Below, in pieces: positions 60,542 to 64,000 of a DNA stretch of 64,000 nucleotides. The position numbers and the translations under genes are program-made. Positions within the stretch are counted from its first letter, which is position 1. Each line of letters opens with the position of its first letter. The notes under the pieces are model-generated. The model did no database searches, had not been told where the DNA came from, and saw only the letters and a program-made list of their open reading frames with translations. The DNA is from Anthoceros angustus (taxonomy: Eukaryota; Plantae; Anthocerotophyta), in NCBI GenBank assembly GCA_010909165.1, contig MU008167.1:744001-808000 (forward strand), in the 5' to 3' direction.

Positions 60542-63500
60542 CTAGCGACTAGTCCGTGACGCAGGTCCGGCAGCCTCGCCTCCAGAAGCCGGTGTTGTCT
60601 GCAAACGTCGTAAGTCAGTTAGATAGGGAGTCTCGAAATCAGAGACCCGAAATGAAACGTTATAAGACTGTGAAGCGCTGTTAAATACCTGAGGCTGCAA
60701 CGTCTTCCGGCTCTGCTCGAAGTACTGGTTGGGATGGTTTACAGCATCACACGCACACCCATGCACCCCCTCGAATGTAGTGGCACATGCTAGCTGAAAA
60801 GAACAACACTTCAGTCACACAGGTGAACTGCTTAAGGCAGAAACCGACACGAAGAGGTTAGAGACAAGTACCTGATAGTGACGGCCGCGAACTTTGTAAA
60901 GGACTTCGTCTATTGCCCTATTGTTCAGGTTCACACCTCCAAGTGCAGCTCGCAAGTTCTCCTCACTTACGACCAAGAAATACGAGGCATACTCAGCTAC
61001 AAAGCAATCCGCCACTTTAGCAGTGCAGACGGGATCAGAAGCTACCTGAAGTGCCTGTATGGGCATCCATGCTGGTCTCCAACCCCAGGGGTTGACATGA
61101 TGAGCTTCATACAAGAGTAGGGTGTGTAATCCTGGACATCAGAGGAGGAGTGAGGAAGTATCCTACTTTTTTGTTCACTACCTGTAACCAGTAGTAATGT
61201 AGCACAAATCATTGCAAGCATCGGTTGATATGGCAACTTACTGTCCGCTTGCCCTCCTTCCCGTAGTTGTGTCGGACATTGTATGCGTACTCCTTGTCAA
61301 ACCGCTCTACTCCTATCTGGTAGCTCTTCCAGTTAGACAGAGTATTACATCGAGAAAAGGGACAGAGTAGTTGGAGCCTACCTTTTGAGAGAATTCATTT
61401 CTCCAGAACGTGAGAGCATCTTCAAGCTTCAGCCCAGCGCCCTGTAGTTATTATCAAGAGGATCACAATGGGGATTTAGCACGCAAGGGGTTTGTGCCGT
61501 TGCAGTGCCAGATACACATAAGTAGCTAACCAAAAGCAATCACTTCGAATCTTCCCACTTCTAAGGTACCTTCAAAAACAACCCAAGCTGTTGCCTGCCA
61601 CCATGCCGTAGATGGTGGTCTTCCTTAACCTGAATGCAGGAGCAACCAAAAAAATTGAGCATCCAACAACATTTACCAACTTAAGACTAAAACCCATCGA
61701 GTCTGCGTGCTGGTGTTACCTTGCGATAGAGATGACGCATACACAATGGGAAAGATGTTTGTGCCAGAGAATCCAAATCCTGAAGAGCAATTTCATCTTT
61801 CGATTTGGGCTGCATGCACCAAAACAGATCGTCTTTCACCTCAGTCCTTCTTAAGACATAGGGAAAACTGGCTGAAAGTCAATGGAAATGCTTGTGATAT
61901 ATGACATGTCGCGACAGATATACCTGAGAATAGTCAGCACCCAAATAGCGCATACTCAGAGCCTCCACGATCTAAGATAAAGTCAGTCCTTGTTAGTACT
62001 GACTTGATAGTACTCCTTAAAGTTTAAGGCGGTACCCAACTAAAAGAAAAATCGTCTTTCCCATCTTCAAACATGTGGGTGGCCATACCTACCGGAGTCA
62101 GCCGATCCTTTTCTTCTTCACAGATAGTGGCCATCCACTTCCTGCAGTAGGTCATCATTTTACATAATCAGTAAAATTCCACAGACACCAGATTATGACA
62201 GAGGGCTCGCCTGCCCGCTACTTACTCGAGGCACAGCAGCATCTCCTACCTGTTTGTGAGGATAAGTGCTTTTGACAATCTCATGCGGAATTGACCAACC
62301 ACGATTACGGCAAGCTGCAGACACCCCCACAAATTTGTTAGACAGAAGTCAAGCACAGCTATTAACAGGAGGACCAGGCTCCATGTAACCACCTGATCTC
62401 TTGGAACATATGCAAAGCCTTTTTTTAAGAAGACCTTCCGATTTGCAACAAGCTCGGGAACTTCCTCAAACACGACCTGGAAAGATTAAAGACAGGGTGA
62501 CAGTTAGGATTCTGGGACCAGCGTTACTGGACTCGTAGAAGCAAGAAGTCATCCCATTTCAGAATGAGTTGCACGAACCTTGTAGTAAACCCTGTCAACT
62601 GTTACGATCAAGACAAGAGAAAAGGGAGGTTGAACACAAGAGTTAATTCAAACTGTTGTAGTGCCTCCAACATGGTAAGAAAAGACAAATGATGGACAAC
62701 AAACACTGGCCTCACCTTTAGGCACCACCTGGTGTGTAGACCTTGCTGTCATAGATAGCTGGGCTTCCACGGCCTGCAGAAAAGTGTGTAGAACCTTACC
62801 AGCAAGAACCTTAAAGTGACTCCTAAGGGCACCTTAGAGACGAATAGAAGATTAGTTCGTTCCTGGAAGCTCTAGGACACCAACAACGTTGGCAAAGTAG
62901 TTACCTCGAACTCGCTAGCAGTGATTGCCTTGTAAGGAAGCTTGTTTTCAAGCAAAAACCTTCTCTGCAGTGACCAAACGCCATAGAGGTAAGGAGAATG
63001 CGCCGCTCCCTGAGAACCAAAGTGAATAACCGCTCACTCAACCTGCATTTCAGGGGTCTCTGCACGAAATCGATGTCGAAACAACGCACTCTCCATAGCC
63101 AGGAACCATCTTCTTAGCGCATCCCTAACACACAAGCACAAAGGTGATCGTCATCTCCAGACAAGAAACCCCGAGAAATCCTTAACAAACACTCAGCAGC
63201 AAGGGACAAAACATACGATCGACAGTACACCAATCGCAGCACAAAGTGCGAGATGGCGTCCTTCAGCTGCGCATCCGCTACATTCTTCCGCATATGCTTC
63301 CTCCACAGCTCCTGCACCTGTCGTGCACAATACAATTCTGTCATGAGCAAGATCCAGCACACAATGACACATGCAAAGCCGCAAGCCGAGGCTGCATTCC
63401 TCACCAATGCATCCACCTCGTTCATTCTTTTGCCCCGCGACCTGGCTGCTTCAATTCCCTTTAAGACTGAAACCGAGGGGAAAAGGTAAGTGTTCCTGAG

Positions 63501-63694
63501 GAGTGGAAACCGCATCCGGCAAGGAAAAAGAGGAAGAAATGCCGTGACTTGGTACCTCTTAAGCGATCCATCGCGAATTTCTCAAAGTTTTCCAAGGACA
63601 CTTCTGTGTGAGGTGATTCTTGGTAGAAGGACAGCTTGCAGCCATTCTGCACTGCGTTTGCGTGACGCTTGCTATTAGGAACGATGAATTCCAT
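60542..63694 (-). CDS. PRIM2: DNA primase large subunit (p58), multi-exon
   Basis: LSFYQESP...FEKFAMDRL; [12 protein letters not shown]; [19 protein letters not shown]; [16 protein letters not shown]; [22 protein letters not shown]; [11 protein letters not shown]. Confidence 0.95.
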
Positions 63695-64000
63695 GGCGAC
63701 CTGCACTTGTTCAGTTTTCAAATCTCAGAGGCAGCAGGCTCCCATCCTCTCCGCCTCCAGCACCTGGGCTTGCTCAAGTCCTCGCCTGGCTAGCTCGGGA
63801 AGGAAATGAAAAAGCGCGGGAAAACAAAGAGGCCCTCAGGGTGGTGTGGCGAAGCTGCTAGATTGTATATGTGTTAGGACGCGACGCTTCCCAAAGTTGA
63901 AAGCGAAATTGAAATTAAGATTAAACATTAAACCAGGGCAAGAGCGAGCCGAACCTGCCTTATGAGTCTCGAGTCGATATGTAACGATCTGGACTTGGGA

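Overview
Land-plant nuclear DNA, most likely from a hornwort or another lineage with reverse (U-to-C) RNA editing. This is inferred from a WW-type PLS-PPR gene, a DYW:KP-type deaminase relic, and GC-rich exons with short GT-AG introns. Host genes: TAF1B/RRN7 (-), a 26-motif PLS-E PPR with a truncated DYW:WW tail (+), an SLH-domain plastid protein (-), YAK1 kinase (+), acetyl-CoA acetyltransferase (-), DNA primase large subunit (-), and two orphan genes. Two TE-rich blocks separate them (about 13.5-21.6 kb and 27-49 kb). These contain MULE, pogo-like DDE and Copia remnants, including a Copia nested in another Copia with a clean 5-bp TSD. The most unusual observations are: (i) a 5.6-kb TG...CA insertion with a 5-bp TSD, no LTR pair and no gag-pol, which carries a decayed ORF and looks like a giant coding solo LTR; (ii) an intron-containing antisense gene inside a Copia element, plus a second antisense ORF in the host Copia; (iii) a DYW:KP fragment fused to TE-like DNA; (iv) a near-perfect 85-bp inverted duplication. 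All homology calls are from motif recognition by eye; no searches were run.
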